Below, in pieces: positions 12,232-24,628 of a stretch of DNA of 64,000 nucleotides. The stretch comes from Octopus sinensis. Lineage: Eukaryota. Numbering within the stretch: the stretch's first letter is position 1; every line of letters starts with the position of its first letter. A program made the position numbers and the translations under genes. The notes below the pieces were generated by a model. It ran no database searches, had not been told where the DNA came from, and worked only from the letters and a program-made list of their open reading frames with translations. The DNA lies in contig NC_043006.1 in the NCBI RefSeq assembly GCF_006345805.1, forward strand, positions 36,766,001-36,830,000, read 5' to 3'.

Positions 12232-14632
12232 GTATGTATACTGGTTGTAAGGTCAAGTACCCATGTGTGAATATACATATGTTTTGGTAGTTTTGAATGA
12301 ATATAAAACTACAACATTTGTGAAATTAGGTAGAGCAAATATCATAGAAAATAACATAATCTAGAACAATAAGTGAATCATTGTCAGCCACGTATTGTAC
12401 ATATTACAAGTAATCAAATCTGTATAATATTTGGCGAGTGGTAAATATAATTTTCTTATTTTCCTGTTATTTTGGTATTTTTATTTGTATCTTCACATTC
12501 TCGTTAGCAACATTCATCATGTTCATTTTTCAACAATACCTCCAATTGGAAAAATCGAATATTCATACATACAAACCAAAATATTGTAATTACCACAAAA
12601 TTTATTTAAACACCCACCATCATTATTTATAGCCTGGGTACTCTTGTAATACTATATAGTGTTAGTATCATGGTCACAGCAAAATACTCCTTGGCTGTTA
12701 TGAAGAAGAGATAGTTAATGTTACATTATATCTTTTCTCTTCAATTTGATTCAGTCAGGAGACTTTGGCCATGCTGGGGCACTGCTTGAAGAGTTTTTAC
12801 TTGAATGAATTGACTCCAGGACATTTTTTTAAAGCCTGGTACTTATTTTATCAGTCTCTTTTGCTGAACCGCTAAGCTACAAGGATGTAAACACACAAAC
12901 ACTAGTTGTCATGCAGTGGTGGGGGACAAACACAGACACAAAAACACACATACACATATGACAGGCTTCTTTCAGTTTCTTATTTCTTTACTGCCCACAA
13001 GGGGCTACACAGAGGGGACGAGCAACGACAGACAAACGGATTAAGTCAATTATATCGACCCAGTGCGTAACTGGTACTTATTTAATCAACCCCCAAAAGG
13101 ATGAAAGGCAAAGTCGACCTTGGTGGAATTTGAACTCAGAACGTAGCGACAGACGAAATACCACTTAGCATTTCGCTCGGTATGCTAACATTTCTGCCAG
13201 CATGCTAATGTTTCTGCCAGGCTTCTTTTAGTTTCTGTCAACCAGATCCACTCACAAGGTTTTGGTTGCCACAAGGCTATAGTGAAAGGTACTTGCCCAA
13301 GGTGCCATGCTGTGGGACAGAACCTCAAACAATATGGTTGGGAAGCAAACTTATTACCATACAGCCACAGTTTACTCTTTTACTCTTTTACTTGTTTCAG
13401 TCATTTGACTGTGGCCATTCTGGAGCACTGTCTTTAGTCAAACAAATTGACCCCAGGACTTATTCTTTGTAAGTCTAGTACTTATTCTATTGGTCTCTTT
13501 TGCTGAACCACTAACTTACGGGGACGTAAACATACCAGCATCGGTTGTCAAGCGATGTTGGGGGGACAAACACTGACACACAAACATATACACACACACT
13601 CACACACACACACACTCTCACACACACACACACACACATATTCGACAAGCTTCTTTCAGTTTCCGTCTACCAAATCCACTCACAAGACTTTGGTTGGCCT
13701 GAGGCTATAGTAGAAGCCACTTGCCCAAGGTGCCACGTAATGGGACTGAACCTGGAACCATGTTGTTGGTAAGCAAGCTACTTACCACACAGCCACTCCT
13801 ACGCCTACAGTTTAATAAATTTATGTTCACAAGTGTGCTTTTTACATTAAAAACAACAAGACAATCACCACGAGGTTACTGCCTAATTATCAGACTTGTT
13901 AGCATTAACAGACACACTTCCATCCTAACAGTTTACTGTGTTTATGTCTGATGAGAGATATTTCATAAAACAATAAACAAGTAAAACAAAACATAATTGG
14001 AATGAACTGATAAAGTGTTGTTTGTAACCTGCTACCTACTCTTAGCTGTGAATCAAGGATACAAAAAACAAGATGTCATAGGAAAACTTCGATAAATGAC
14101 TGATATTACTTTTTATCATTGTTTTATCTAAATTATTGAATAAAATATGTTTTCAAGTACATTTAACAGCATTATAGCAATTGTGTTGTCATTGTGTACA
14201 AATCATGTATTTTCAGTTAATAAGCTACTTAAAATATTATTTGTTTAATTACCCTATTAGTTGTGATATTTAAATTAAATGTGACACTGTTTCTTGTAAT
14301 TCCTTTTCTTAGCCAGAATTTTGACTTTAATTCACTTCATCTGTATCATATCAAGTTCTATTTAATTTTCATGGAACCACTTCAACTATCATTGATTTTT
14401 TTTTTTCTAAAATAAACTGTATGCAGTCTACTACAGCAATTCTCGTTTATCACAGGGGTTTGGTTAAAAAAAGAAAGCACTGTGATAAACAAATTGTCTC
14501 TTCGCACTTTGTAAATGAAACAAATGGGAGATTCATTGACATCAAACATGTGGCCCAGAGCAGCAAAGTTTCCCTGTCATGTATTTCCTCAATCTCTTCT
14601 ACTTTTCCCTGTAGAGAATGTATTTGACTACG

Positions 14633-15150
14633 TCAGAGGTTCTCAGCATGGGTGGTACCAGCCCAAGGGGGTGCTGGGCATTTCACATTGCTGTGGAGGT
14701 GCATGACTTAGTGGTTAGTGTGTTGGACTCATGATTGTAAGATTGTGGTTTCAATTCCTAGACACATTGTGTTCTTGAGCAAAACACTTCATTTCACATT
14801 GCTGTGGAGGCACATGGCTTAGTGGTTAGGGTGTTCGACTCATGATAGTAAGATTGTGGTTTTGATTCATGGACTGGGCAACTCATTGTGTTCTTGAGCA
14901 AGACATTTCATTTCACATTGCTCCAGTCAACTCAGCTGGCAGAAATGAGTAATCCTGCGATGGACTAGCATCCCATCCAGGTGGGGAATTTATACCTTAT
15001 AGAAACCAGAAAAATGGCCCTTATGTGTCAGTAGGACTTGATAAGGTAACTTTACCCTTTTTTTTTATTACTCACCACTTAGGTGGGCACTAAGCATTAC
15101 AACTACTTAAAATGAGGTGAGCTACAAAAGACAAAGGTTAAGAGCCACTG
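14633..15150. mobile_element. hAT-like MITE interrupted by a head-to-tail SINE dimer (14692-15040)
   Basis: cagaggttctca ... taagagccactg termini with a degenerate 8-bp TSD (gactacgt/gtctacac); related ends at 45629, 59030 and 61360-61760. Confidence 0.5.
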
Positions 15151-16224
15151 GTCTACACCATTTGTTAAGATTAGACGCTCTCATATTTTTTCAGTTCACT
15201 GGTTCCATGTTGATGGTTAGAAGTACATAAATCCATATAAAAAATATGCAGACTTGCAGCATGTGACAGTCAATACAATTGGAGTAGCTAAGCACTGTGG
15301 GTGGTTGTTGGGACCTATTTTTGTGATCCAAGTAGAATCTTTTACTGACTGCTGACTTGTGTAATCACAGATCAATCTGTGAATTTTGAATAAGAATATA
15401 ATCAAAATTTCTTAATCTACTACATTTAATTTTGTAAAAGCCCTAGTTCCTTCTAAATTATACAAGCTCAATTCACAACCCTAATGTAACCATAAGCATA
15501 ACCTTGATTTGAACACCAACTGCAATTATATTATTCCTAACACGTGTCCTTTTGACACTAAATGTTTAAATTGTGATATGCTTTATAAACACAATATTGA
15601 AACCAACAATTCATTACAAACATTCATAACGCTTACCCCTGCACCTCTCATATTATTCTATAATAATCACACCCACACATTTTGGAATTGAAAGAAAACA
15701 ATCAAAATTTTACTTTCCAAATTCATTTTCAATTTAAAGAATAGTAATATTTACTACACAATGAAATGGGGCAATATTTCAAGGGCTGATTAAATGCATC
15801 AGGGAAAGATTAACCACTCCACTTGCTAAAGGCACTACTGTCCTTAGTTAATATAAGGAAAAAATTGCTTTCTGCCAAGATAAGTAGTTGGAAACTTGTC
15901 CCCATTACAAAGCTAGAAACTTAACAAATAAGCAGCTTGGTTGAATGTTTACCTTGCTATAATTTGCCTAGTAACTTTATCTATTGAAGTATTGGGCTCT
16001 TATCAGAACCTGAACTTTCTCTTATATCCATGCACTCCTTTCAGATAATATTTTTGTCAGATTGTACCATTTATTTATAACAGAAGTTTTTCCATTATAA
16101 GAGGGTCTATTTGTCCTAGAACTGACCTTTGATATTTTTAAAAAATGATTTTGTCCCAAACAAAGCTTGAGGCTTCTGTAGCATGAGGGATGACAAAGAA
16201 GCAAAAGAAGGAGGCCTACAAATT

Positions 16225-16390
16225 CAGAAGATGTTGATTGACACAAAGCTTAAAGGACTGAATATCATAGATAAGAGGAAAACAAGACAATAAGAATGAG
16301 TTCCAGAGAGCAGTAGTTGGCAGAAAGAAAATATTTGAATAAAAGAACTTAGAAAATACAGCAGAGAAACAATGTGTCCATCTTATATTT
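16225..16390 (-). mobile_element. CR1/Jockey-like LINE 3' end fragment
   Basis: FFLPTTALWNSF..SCFP..YDIQSFKLCVN motif. Confidence 0.55.
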
Positions 16391-16425
16391 TTCCCCATTT
16401 TCTGATTTTCTAAAAGCTCCTGTTT

Positions 16426-16430
16426 CATCA

Positions 16431-16481
<51 letters not shown>

Positions 16482-16490
16482 TCGTCATCG

Positions 16491-16530
<40 letters not shown>

Positions 16531-16790
16531 TGTCGTTGTTTAACGTCCGCTTTCCATGCTGGCATGGGTTGGATGGTTTGACTGAGGACTGGTGAGCCAG
16601 AAGGCTGCACCATGCTCAATCTGATCTGGCAAAGTTTCTACAGCTGGATTCCCTTCCTAACACTAACCATTCAGAGAGTGTAGTGGGTGCTTTTACGTGC
16701 CACCGGCACGAGGGCCACTTAGAAAGTTCAGGCAATGACCATGCTCTAAAGGTGTATTTTACATGCTACCTGCATGGGAGCCGATTAAGT
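16426..16790 (-). mobile_element. RTE-tail short retroposon with an expanded compound (GAT)n/(GAC)n tail; more than 20 such (GAT)n-tailed fragments in the window
   Basis: aggaaggg.atccagctgtagaaac...ccagcatggaaagcggacgttaaac tail identical in type to the RTE LINE at 52500. Confidence 0.85.
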
Positions 16791-16860
16791 AAAACATTAA
16801 GATAACTATCTTACTATTTTACTTCCCCCAACTTTAACTATTTTAGACTACTTGATTTAT

Positions 16861-17966
16861 TGTACCTGATGTATTTTACATTGTATTTAATGACGTAATA
16901 GTTATAAACTGTTTTTGTCGCTCAAACTCTTCGGAAAACCCGGGACCCTACCAAGTCGAGTGACGACGATCGACCGGCTCGATCGAACGGTGAATTCGCC
17001 ACGGACTCAGAGAGAGAATTCGGTGGGGGGGGGGGGAAGGCGGCAGCGAACTCGGCAACCAGCGACCGGAGAGAACAACAACACACAACAGCAGCAGGAA
17101 GAGATACAGAGAGACACGGCAGAAGGCAATTTGGCTTACGTTTAAAAACAGTTTATAACAATTACGTCATTAAATACAATGTAAAATACATCAGGTACAT
17201 CAAAGAGAATAACATGCAACAAAACAAGAAAACAACAAATCAAAGCATGCAGATACAATATACAGTTCAAAGTTCAAATAATGTCTACATTAACAATACA
17301 GTTCAAATTGATGCAATATAGTTCAGAGTTCAATGTTCTACATTAGAGTCTTTCTCTTTCTTTTCAGCAATTCTGTAACACAGTTCTTTTCACAATCTCT
17401 TTTCCTTAATTCAGTACTTCTTCCTCCTTTTTTTCAACACATTAATTCTTTTACATTTCGACAATTCTTTTTCCTTCTTTAACACATCAAAACATAAATA
17501 AACATACTGTTATGAGCTACTACAATAGCCAGTGCCTTCACGCCGTAATCTCCCCCCACCTCCTCAATCCTCTGTGTATGTCCTTCTCCACGTTGTCGTT
17601 GCCTCTCGCCGTAATCTCTCCCAGCTCCTTCTCAGCTCCTTAATCCTTCTGCCTGTCTTCCTCTTTCACATTCACTGTCATTCTCTCGCTTGTTATCCCT
17701 CACATTGTCTGTCTGTCTTTCTCAACTGACCTCCTCCTCCGGCCCCCTTTTGCTGTCTCAGGCAGAACTCCTCAACTGCCCTGTTACCAATTCATTGTCT
17801 CCAGCCGAACTGTTACAAACTCACAGCTCGTCGCTTTTTAAAGGGTAGCTTTCTCAACCCTTCTTTGACCGGAAAAAGGGCAGAGGTCTCTCCGAAAGTC
17901 ATTACTCTTTCGTGAATTTGGCAGAACAAAGGACAATAACTTTATATCCCAGACTTTCAGACTACA
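16861..17966 (-). mobile_element. Young CpG-rich insertion, possibly a solo LTR (TGT at 17966 to ACA at ~16916), with a 56-bp inverted repeat
   Basis: CpG-rich core 16917-17143; IR 16861-16916 versus 17144-17199 (55/56); internal direct subrepeats cgccgtaatctc; no TSD found. Confidence 0.4.
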
Positions 17967-18029
17967 AACCAGCAAAGTAGGTCATAGCAGTTGTTTCCAA
18001 ATTGACCTCCCCATATCAGTACCTTACCT

Positions 18030-18960
18030 GTTAGAATCTTTAGATGCCAACTCTTGCTGTCCCTTGACATCTCTGGTTAAGACCTGAGTGCAGCTTGGTT
18101 GTATAAATTAAAGCAAAGCTAAAACATAATGATGATGATGGTGGTGATGGTGGTGGTGGTGGTGTGGTGGTGGTGGTGGTGGCAGTGGTGATGGGGTGGT
18201 GGTGGTGGTGGAGATGACAAATGATGATGATAATGATGATGATGATGATAAAAATGCAGCAAAGTAACCTTGAAGAAAAGGAAAAATTAATTAAAAGCAT
18301 TAATATTATGCAAGATAAAGAAACCAAGATAAGCAAATTAGACCAAACCTAGACATACAAATACTTAGTAATCAATGAACTAGACATACTAAAACAACAA
18401 CAACACACACACACACACACAAATCAAAGAAAAGATTAGGAAGGAATATTATAGATGCATTAGATTAAAGCAAAAATTAGCTAAATGCAAAACAGAGGAA
18501 AAAATAAAGCAATAGGTAGCAATGCTTTAGCTAGTCTAATGATAAGTTACTGTTATAGTATTCTCTGTTGGATACTAAAGGAGCAAGCAAGACTAGATTG
18601 AAAAACAAGAAAGATAATTACGGCATTTAGAATACACCACCTAAAATCTGATGTAGAAAGATTACATTTACTGTGGAAACATGACGGTAGGGGTCTTATG
18701 AAACTAATGCAACTAGAAAACTATTATAAAATATCCACTGTATGACAACAAAATTATCTTGTGATGAATCAGGATAATGAAGAGAAATAGCTATGAAACT
18801 GAAACAAAACAGAAATAAATTGTTTTCTGTTTTCATTAGAAGACAACAAATACAAAAACAGAGGCTGAAATGAGAAGTTGTTATGAAGAAAAATGAGAAA
18901 CAATAGAAGTTGTGTAAAGGCTAAACCAAACTTTTGGGATATGAGACGTTTTGGCATTGC
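18030..18960 (+). mobile_element. R4/Dong-like non-LTR retrotransposon RT C-terminal relic, interrupted by (GAT)n/(GGT)n and (CA)n
   Basis: YKYL, KEKIRKEYYR, HHLKSDVERLHLLWKHDGRGLM..QLENYYKIST. Confidence 0.8.
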
Positions 18961-20117
18961 TGAGTTGGAGCTGCTTGTTTAGCATTGCTGATTCAATGTT
19001 GACTTATTTGATATCGGATGTTACCGTATTTATTTTGAGATGCTCTGTGTTTCTTCAAATTACTTTAAATATAACAAAGAATTTAGTAAAATAACTTAGT
19101 TATTATGAAGCTAGTGTTAGGAATGTAAACAGTGACTAAGGTTTGGTGGAAGATTTTAATTCAGAACTTATGTAAACAAGACATTTGTACTACAGGACCA
19201 GAGGCAGTTTCAGCCAGGTTGGTAGAGAAAGGGTTAAGAATTGTTTCTCTATTATATATTTTAACTGTTTCTCTGTTTGTCTCTCCCACCCACTTCACCA
19301 TCTCCCTCCCCTCCCTTTCTCTCTCCCTCTCACTGCCCTCCCCCCCCTGTCTGTTTATGCATATGAGCATATTTCTCTGTATGAGGAGAGGGACAGTGTT
19401 TATGTTGGTTGTGTTCTCTCTCTCTCTTTCTCCATTTTTCTTTCTATCAGTATCTTTTATCTTTATCTTTCATTTGTTTCAGTAAATAGACTGTGACCAT
19501 GCTGGGGCACCACCTTGAAGAATTTTTCATTGAATGAATCAACCCCAGTGCATATTTTTTTTAAAGCCTGGTACTTATTCCAGCAGACCATTTGAGTGTG
19601 GCTGTTGCCAGTATCGCCCGACTGGCCCTCGTGCCGGTGGCACGTAAAAGCACCCACTACACTCTCGGAATGGTTGGCGTTAGGAAGGGCATCCAGCTGT
19701 AGAAACTGTGCCAAATCAAGATTGGAGCCTGGTGCAGCAATCTGGTTCGTCAGTCCTCAGTCAAATCGTCCAACCCATGCTAGCATGGAAAGCGGACGTT
19801 AAACGATAATGATGATGATGATGATGATGTTCTTTTGCCAAACTTCTTAGTTATGGGGACATAAACTCACTAACACAGTTGTCAACCAGTGGTGGGGGAC
19901 AAAGACACACACACACAGACAAACACACACACACACACACACACATACACACACACACAGAAGAAAGATGGAGGTGGGAATAGCACAGAAGCAAATCTAA
20001 GACATTTCAATTTAAGAAGGAATTTAATAAATTGATTTAAAAGTTATATAAGCAGGTTTGTTCTATGAACCTACAAAAGTTGGAGTTGCATATAACCTAT
20101 ATAGTAACTTTATAAAC

Positions 20118-20517
20118 AGGGCAGGAGTGGGTGTGTGGTAAGTAGCTTGCTTACCAACCACATGGTTCCGGGTTCAGTCCACTGCGTGGCATCTTGGGCA
20201 AGTGTCTTCTGCTATAGCCCCGGGCCGACCAATGCCTTGTGAGTGGATTTGGTAGACGGAAACTGAAAGATGCCTGTTGTATATATGTATATATATATAT
20301 ATGCGTGTGTGTGTTTGTGTGTCTGTGTTTGTCCCCCTAGCATTGCTTGACAACCGATGCTGGTGTGTTTATGTCCCCATAACTTAGCGGTTCAGCAAAA
20401 GAGACCGATAGAATAAGTACTAGGCTTACAAAGAATAAGTCCCAGGGTTGAGTTGCTCGACTAAAGGCGGTGCTCCAGCATGGCCGCAGTCAACTGACTG
20501 AAACAAGTAAAAGAGTA
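20118..20517 (+). mobile_element. tRNA-derived SINE family A, near full length (about 30 copies or fragments, e.g. 600-900, 13375-13805, 46099-46494, 49593-49987, 57590-57940)
   Basis: Head ggagtggctgtgtggtaag...ggttcagtcc (A/B boxes), central (TA)/(TG) tract, 3' tail gactgaaacaagtaaaagagt; the 49593 copy has TSD aagctta. Confidence 0.9.
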
Positions 20518-20965
20518 GGGCTAATTTAACTGGTGACATGTAAAAAAAAAAAAAAATCAATCTTTGAATGTTGGGCCTCACAGAGGCAAAGTAGCTGAGT
20601 ACCTTTTGAGCATTGGGCCTGACGGAAGCAAAGTGATTGAGTTCCTTTCAAGTGTTGGACCTCGCGGAGGCAATGACCAAGACTTTTGGCATTATCTCGT
20701 GCTTGAGAAGAAGACTCATCAAGCTGAGCAAAATCACAGTCCTGGCAGATGCTAGTGTCACGCAAATGGCACACATACCGATGGCACATAAAAGCATTCA
20801 TTACACTCTCAAAGTAGCCGGCATTAGGAAGGGCATCCAGCTGTAGAAAACCATACCAAATCAGGCTGAATCCTGGCACAGTCTTCCAGTGTGCCAGCCC
20901 AGTCAAACCATCCAACCCATGCCAGCATGGAAAATGGACATTAAATGACGATGATGATGATGATA

Positions 20966-21180
20966 AAGAAAACATTACTGGTTTCGATGATGAATCTTGT
21001 CTTATCAAATATCAGTAAAAATTTATAAAAATTTGTAATAAAAACAGTTTATCTTCTGTCTGGGGGTCAAGGTTTTTGACCCCTTGACAGAATATAAACC
21101 ATTTTTACTTCAAAATTTTATAAATTTTTACTGATACTTGATAAGATGAGATTCATCATTGAAACCAATAATGATTTCTT
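20966..21180. repeat. Diverged palindrome / foldback MITE, 105-bp arms, 5-nt loop
   Basis: About 14 mismatches counted by eye; centre ggggtcaa-ggttt-ttgacccc. Confidence 0.9.
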
Positions 21181-21312
21181 AATATAACTTTTAAATCATT
21201 TTATTAAATTCCTTCTTAAATTGAAATGTCTTAGATTTATTTCTGTGCTATTTCCACCTCCATCTTTTATATATAAAAGTCTGATTTGTATAGATCTCTA
21301 ATCTTTTTCAAC

Positions 21313-21345
<33 letters not shown>

Positions 21346-21371
21346 TATATGTGTGGTGTGTGTGTGTGTTC

Positions 21372-21422
<51 letters not shown>

Positions 21423-21595
21423 AAATATTAGGGAATAATTTTAAGAATTGAACAGCCATGAAACGATCGTAGTGTTATATTAATATCTTTTTTAATAATT
21501 TTGATATATATTTAAATAATATAAATTAATTAATCTTATGTATTGGCTTAAGTTTTTCATTGTATGATTTGCCTAATAGTGGTTTTATCTCTAAT

Positions 21596-21627
<32 letters not shown>

Positions 21628-21628
<1 letters not shown>

Positions 21629-22176
21629 GGGTTATTAAAAAAGAATGAACCGATTTCATTACGCAATATTTTTAAATTGGAAAAACAATAGCTAACTCCA
21701 GTTAAGTCACATGTATTTACTCACAATCAACTTTTATTTCTTGTCTTACAAGTGTTTAATGTGGTCGCAACCTGTAGCACAGGCAACATCAATACGATAA
21801 GAGAATTCCTCCCAGACGCGTATCAGCATATCAAAAGCAAGTTCATTATGAAACTAAAGAATAAATTTTCTTTGGCTTGAGACGATTCCAGAAGATATTG
21901 ACATAGAAGGGAAATGGGAAAACTTTGATAAAGCATTCAACCAGACAGCCAAGGAAGTACTCAGTGGATCGTGATATGCTGATGCGCATCAGGAAGGAAT
22001 TCTCTTATCACATTGATGCTGCCCATGCTGCAGGTGGTGGCTACATTGAACACGTGTAAGACAGGAAATAAAAGTTGATTGTGAGTAAATACTTGTGACT
22101 TAGCTGGAGTTTTCTATTGCTTTCCTCATCAAAATATTGCATAATGAAATTGGTTCATTCTTTTTGAATAACTCTG
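21628..22176. mobile_element. Mariner-derived foldback element with ~205-bp inverted arms and a 140-bp LINE-derived spacer, inserted in (TA)n
   Basis: Arms 21628-21832 and 21973-22176; terminal agggttatt.aaaaagaatgaacc; each arm encodes a transposase C-terminus-like MLMRI...FSYHID...GGYIEH; spacer encodes ETIPEDIDIEGKWENFDKAFNQTAKEVL. Confidence 0.8.
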
Positions 22177-22177
22177 T

Positions 22178-22224
<47 letters not shown>

Positions 22225-22432
22225 TTATTATACACATCGTTATTTTAACATTCACTTTTCCATGCTTAGATGGGTTGGATGGAATTCACTGAGTCCTACT
22301 TTTTATAGATAGAGGTCTTTTGCCTTGTCAGTCCTCACCTCTTTCCAAGCATAGTAATATTTTCCTGTAGTTATACATGTTTACATGGAAGACTGGAAAT
22401 AAAGGACACCGTCTGTATGACGGTAATACTCG

Positions 22433-23130
22433 TCATCATTTAATGCCTGTTGTCCATGCTGGTATGGGTTGGATGGTTTGACCAGGGCTAGAACCAGCTC
22501 CAGTCAGATTTGGCATGGTTTCTATGGCTGGATGCCCTTCCTAATGCCAACCACTCTGGGTGTGTAATGGGTGTTTTTACATGTCACTGGCACAGGTGCC
22601 ATTTGCATGACAACAGTATCTGTCACAACTGTGATTTTACTTGGCTTGATGGGTCTTCTTCTCAAGCACAACATAATAACAAAGGTCTCAGTCATTTGTC
22701 ATTGCTTCCATGACGCCTAACACTCAAAAGGAGCTTTTCATGTGCCACAGCATTGGCCACCTTGCCTCTGTGAGACCCAACACTTAAAAGGTACTTTTTA
22801 TGTGCCACAAGCATGGGTGCCAGTTATGTGACACTAGCATCGGCCATGACAACAATTTCACTTGGCTTGACAGGTCTTCACAAGTACAGCATGTTGCCAA
22901 AGGTCTTGGTCACTGGTCATTGTCCCTGTGAGGTCCAAGGTTCATCCCATATCTTCTTGGGTCTACCTCTACCACCGGTTCCCTCCACAGTTGGAGACTA
23001 GCACTTCTTTACACAGCTGTCCTCATCCATCACATGACCATACCAGCACAGTCATCTCTCTTGAGACCTAACACTCAAAAGGAACTCAGTCACAATGCTT
23101 GAAAGGTACTCAGTCAGTCTGCCTCTGTGC
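22433..23130 (-). mobile_element. RTE-clade LINE 3' fragment
   Basis: Minus strand CWYGHVMDEDSCVKKC...EGTGGRGRPKKIWD at ~22945-23060; same 3' UTR/tail as 52500-53501, with ~42-bp subrepeats also seen at 20570-20700. Confidence 0.8.
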
Positions 23131-23152
23131 GGCCTGGTGTTCAATATATATA

Positions 23153-23184
<32 letters not shown>

Positions 23185-24428
23185 GAGAAAATTTTATAGA
23201 CACTTATTGAAGCATTGAGTGAGTTGGTATTTTTATTTTAGAAATTAAGGAAATCCTGAATGCGGATGAATAGCTGTGAAAACAGCTTAGAAGATTAGGT
23301 AAAAAAAATACCCTTAAAACACAGAAAAAAGTGACCAGCAAGCCACTACAGAACATTGAATTCTGCAGCTCTCAATGATTTTCCAGCATGGTAACGGTTC
23401 AGCCAGTTCGCTGCCTTATATGTGTGTATCATAATGACAATCATCATCATTTAACATCCATTTTTCCATGATGGTATGGGCTGGATGATTTGATAAGATT
23501 TGGTAAGCCACAGGGCTGTGTTGAGCTCTAGCTTCAGTTTTGACATGGTTTCTGTGGCTGGATGCCCCTCAGGTGGATGCTTTTTTTCATATCACCAGCA
23601 CAAGTGAGGATGCCATGTGTGTTACAAGACAGAGAAGGACAAGAAATAAAAAGCCCCCATGACCAAGTGGGGTAGTATTAGGGAGGGGGATGTGGTTTTT
23701 ATGCCAGGTATTGAGAGTCTTAAGACGATAGAGGAACAAGAACAGGTATGTTGTTAGAAAGGAGATACATGGCTACCCCATATTATAAGGGTTGTTTAGG
23801 CTCTGTAAGAATCATAGGGCCAGTTTCCTGGAGTTCCCTAATTTCTCTGGTATATATATATATACCAGATGCTGGTCTGATGCAGGATTACTCATGTTTT
23901 CTAGTTGAGTAGACTGGAGCAATGTTAAATGAAGTGCTTTGCTGGAGAACACAACACTTCACCCGATATATGAATTGAAACCGAAATCTTATGATCATGA
24001 ATCCAACACCCTAACCACTAAGCCATGTGCCTCCACATATTATGAAGGTGAGTCGTAGCAACTGGGAAGATGAAGATAAAGAAGACAGTAGTGATGGTGT
24101 ACCAAAAGCAAAATTTCAAGGTAGGTGAAGCATAAGGGTGGACACTGTCAGTGGGTCAGGTGCTGAAAGGGCAGGTGGGTTGTTTCAAAAGACTGTGGTG
24201 GTGGTGGTGGTGGGGAGAATAATAGATGCTCCAAGAAGGTAGCAGAGATATTGAATAATGTGTAGGGGTGGAGGTGTAGTTGAAGGGAAATACCAGTATG
24301 GAGACAAGGTAAGGTGAGAGAGCAATGTGTGTGTGTGTGTGTATACACACGCACATATATTAAAGCCAATATACACACACACACATATAAATATATATAT
24401 ACATATATGTATATGTATATATATGTAC

Positions 24429-24475
<47 letters not shown>

Positions 24476-24489
24476 GGGAGAGAGAGAGA

Positions 24490-24628
24490 TCGAGATCCAT
24501 TTACATCAACGAGGAGAAGAGAATTCGTTGTTTTGTTAGCTCTCAGCGCTTAGTTCAAATAGTCAGATAGTCACACACACGCAAAAGTAGCAATATAGCG
24601 ATATGATGGCTCTGATAGTTAGTGGGAG
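24490..24628 (+). other. Putative first exon of the C1GALT1-like gene (5' UTR, possibly with 9 coding codons from ATG 24603); 5' boundary uncertain
   Basis: Strong donor GGGAG|gtaaga at 24628/24629 at the start of the CpG-rich zone, just after a (TA)n/(TG)n/(GA)n tract; in-frame TAG at 24588 precedes ATG 24603. Confidence 0.5.

Larger units (their letters stand above)
10129..12879. repeat. Tandem duplication, unit ~1.36 kb (10129-11487 and 11488-12848), bounded by SINE homology
   Basis: Near-identical copies; the only difference noticed is in the (TA)n tract. The ORF track gives the same peptide at 11077 and 12438. The 31-bp tatcagtctcttttgctgaaccgctaagcta occurs at 10129, 11488 and 12849. 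Confidence 0.95.

Noticed and set aside
9108-15376. Minus-strand exon candidates (9108-9169 DYMLANYQLPLSDCELAPLL*, 9868 FYEQLDSKIDP, 10841-10879 YIHFLTEFQETP, 14608 GKVEEIEEIHDRETLLLW, 15376 LICDYTSQQ)
   Set aside because: Plausible acceptors but no consistent donor/phase chain and no recognised homolog; one overlaps the better-supported + strand exon.
24040-24310. Strong donor-like sites (CAAG|gtaggt, CAAG|gtaagg) upstream of the promoter
   Set aside because: Embedded in purine-rich decayed repeat-like sequence; no acceptor or start evidence.
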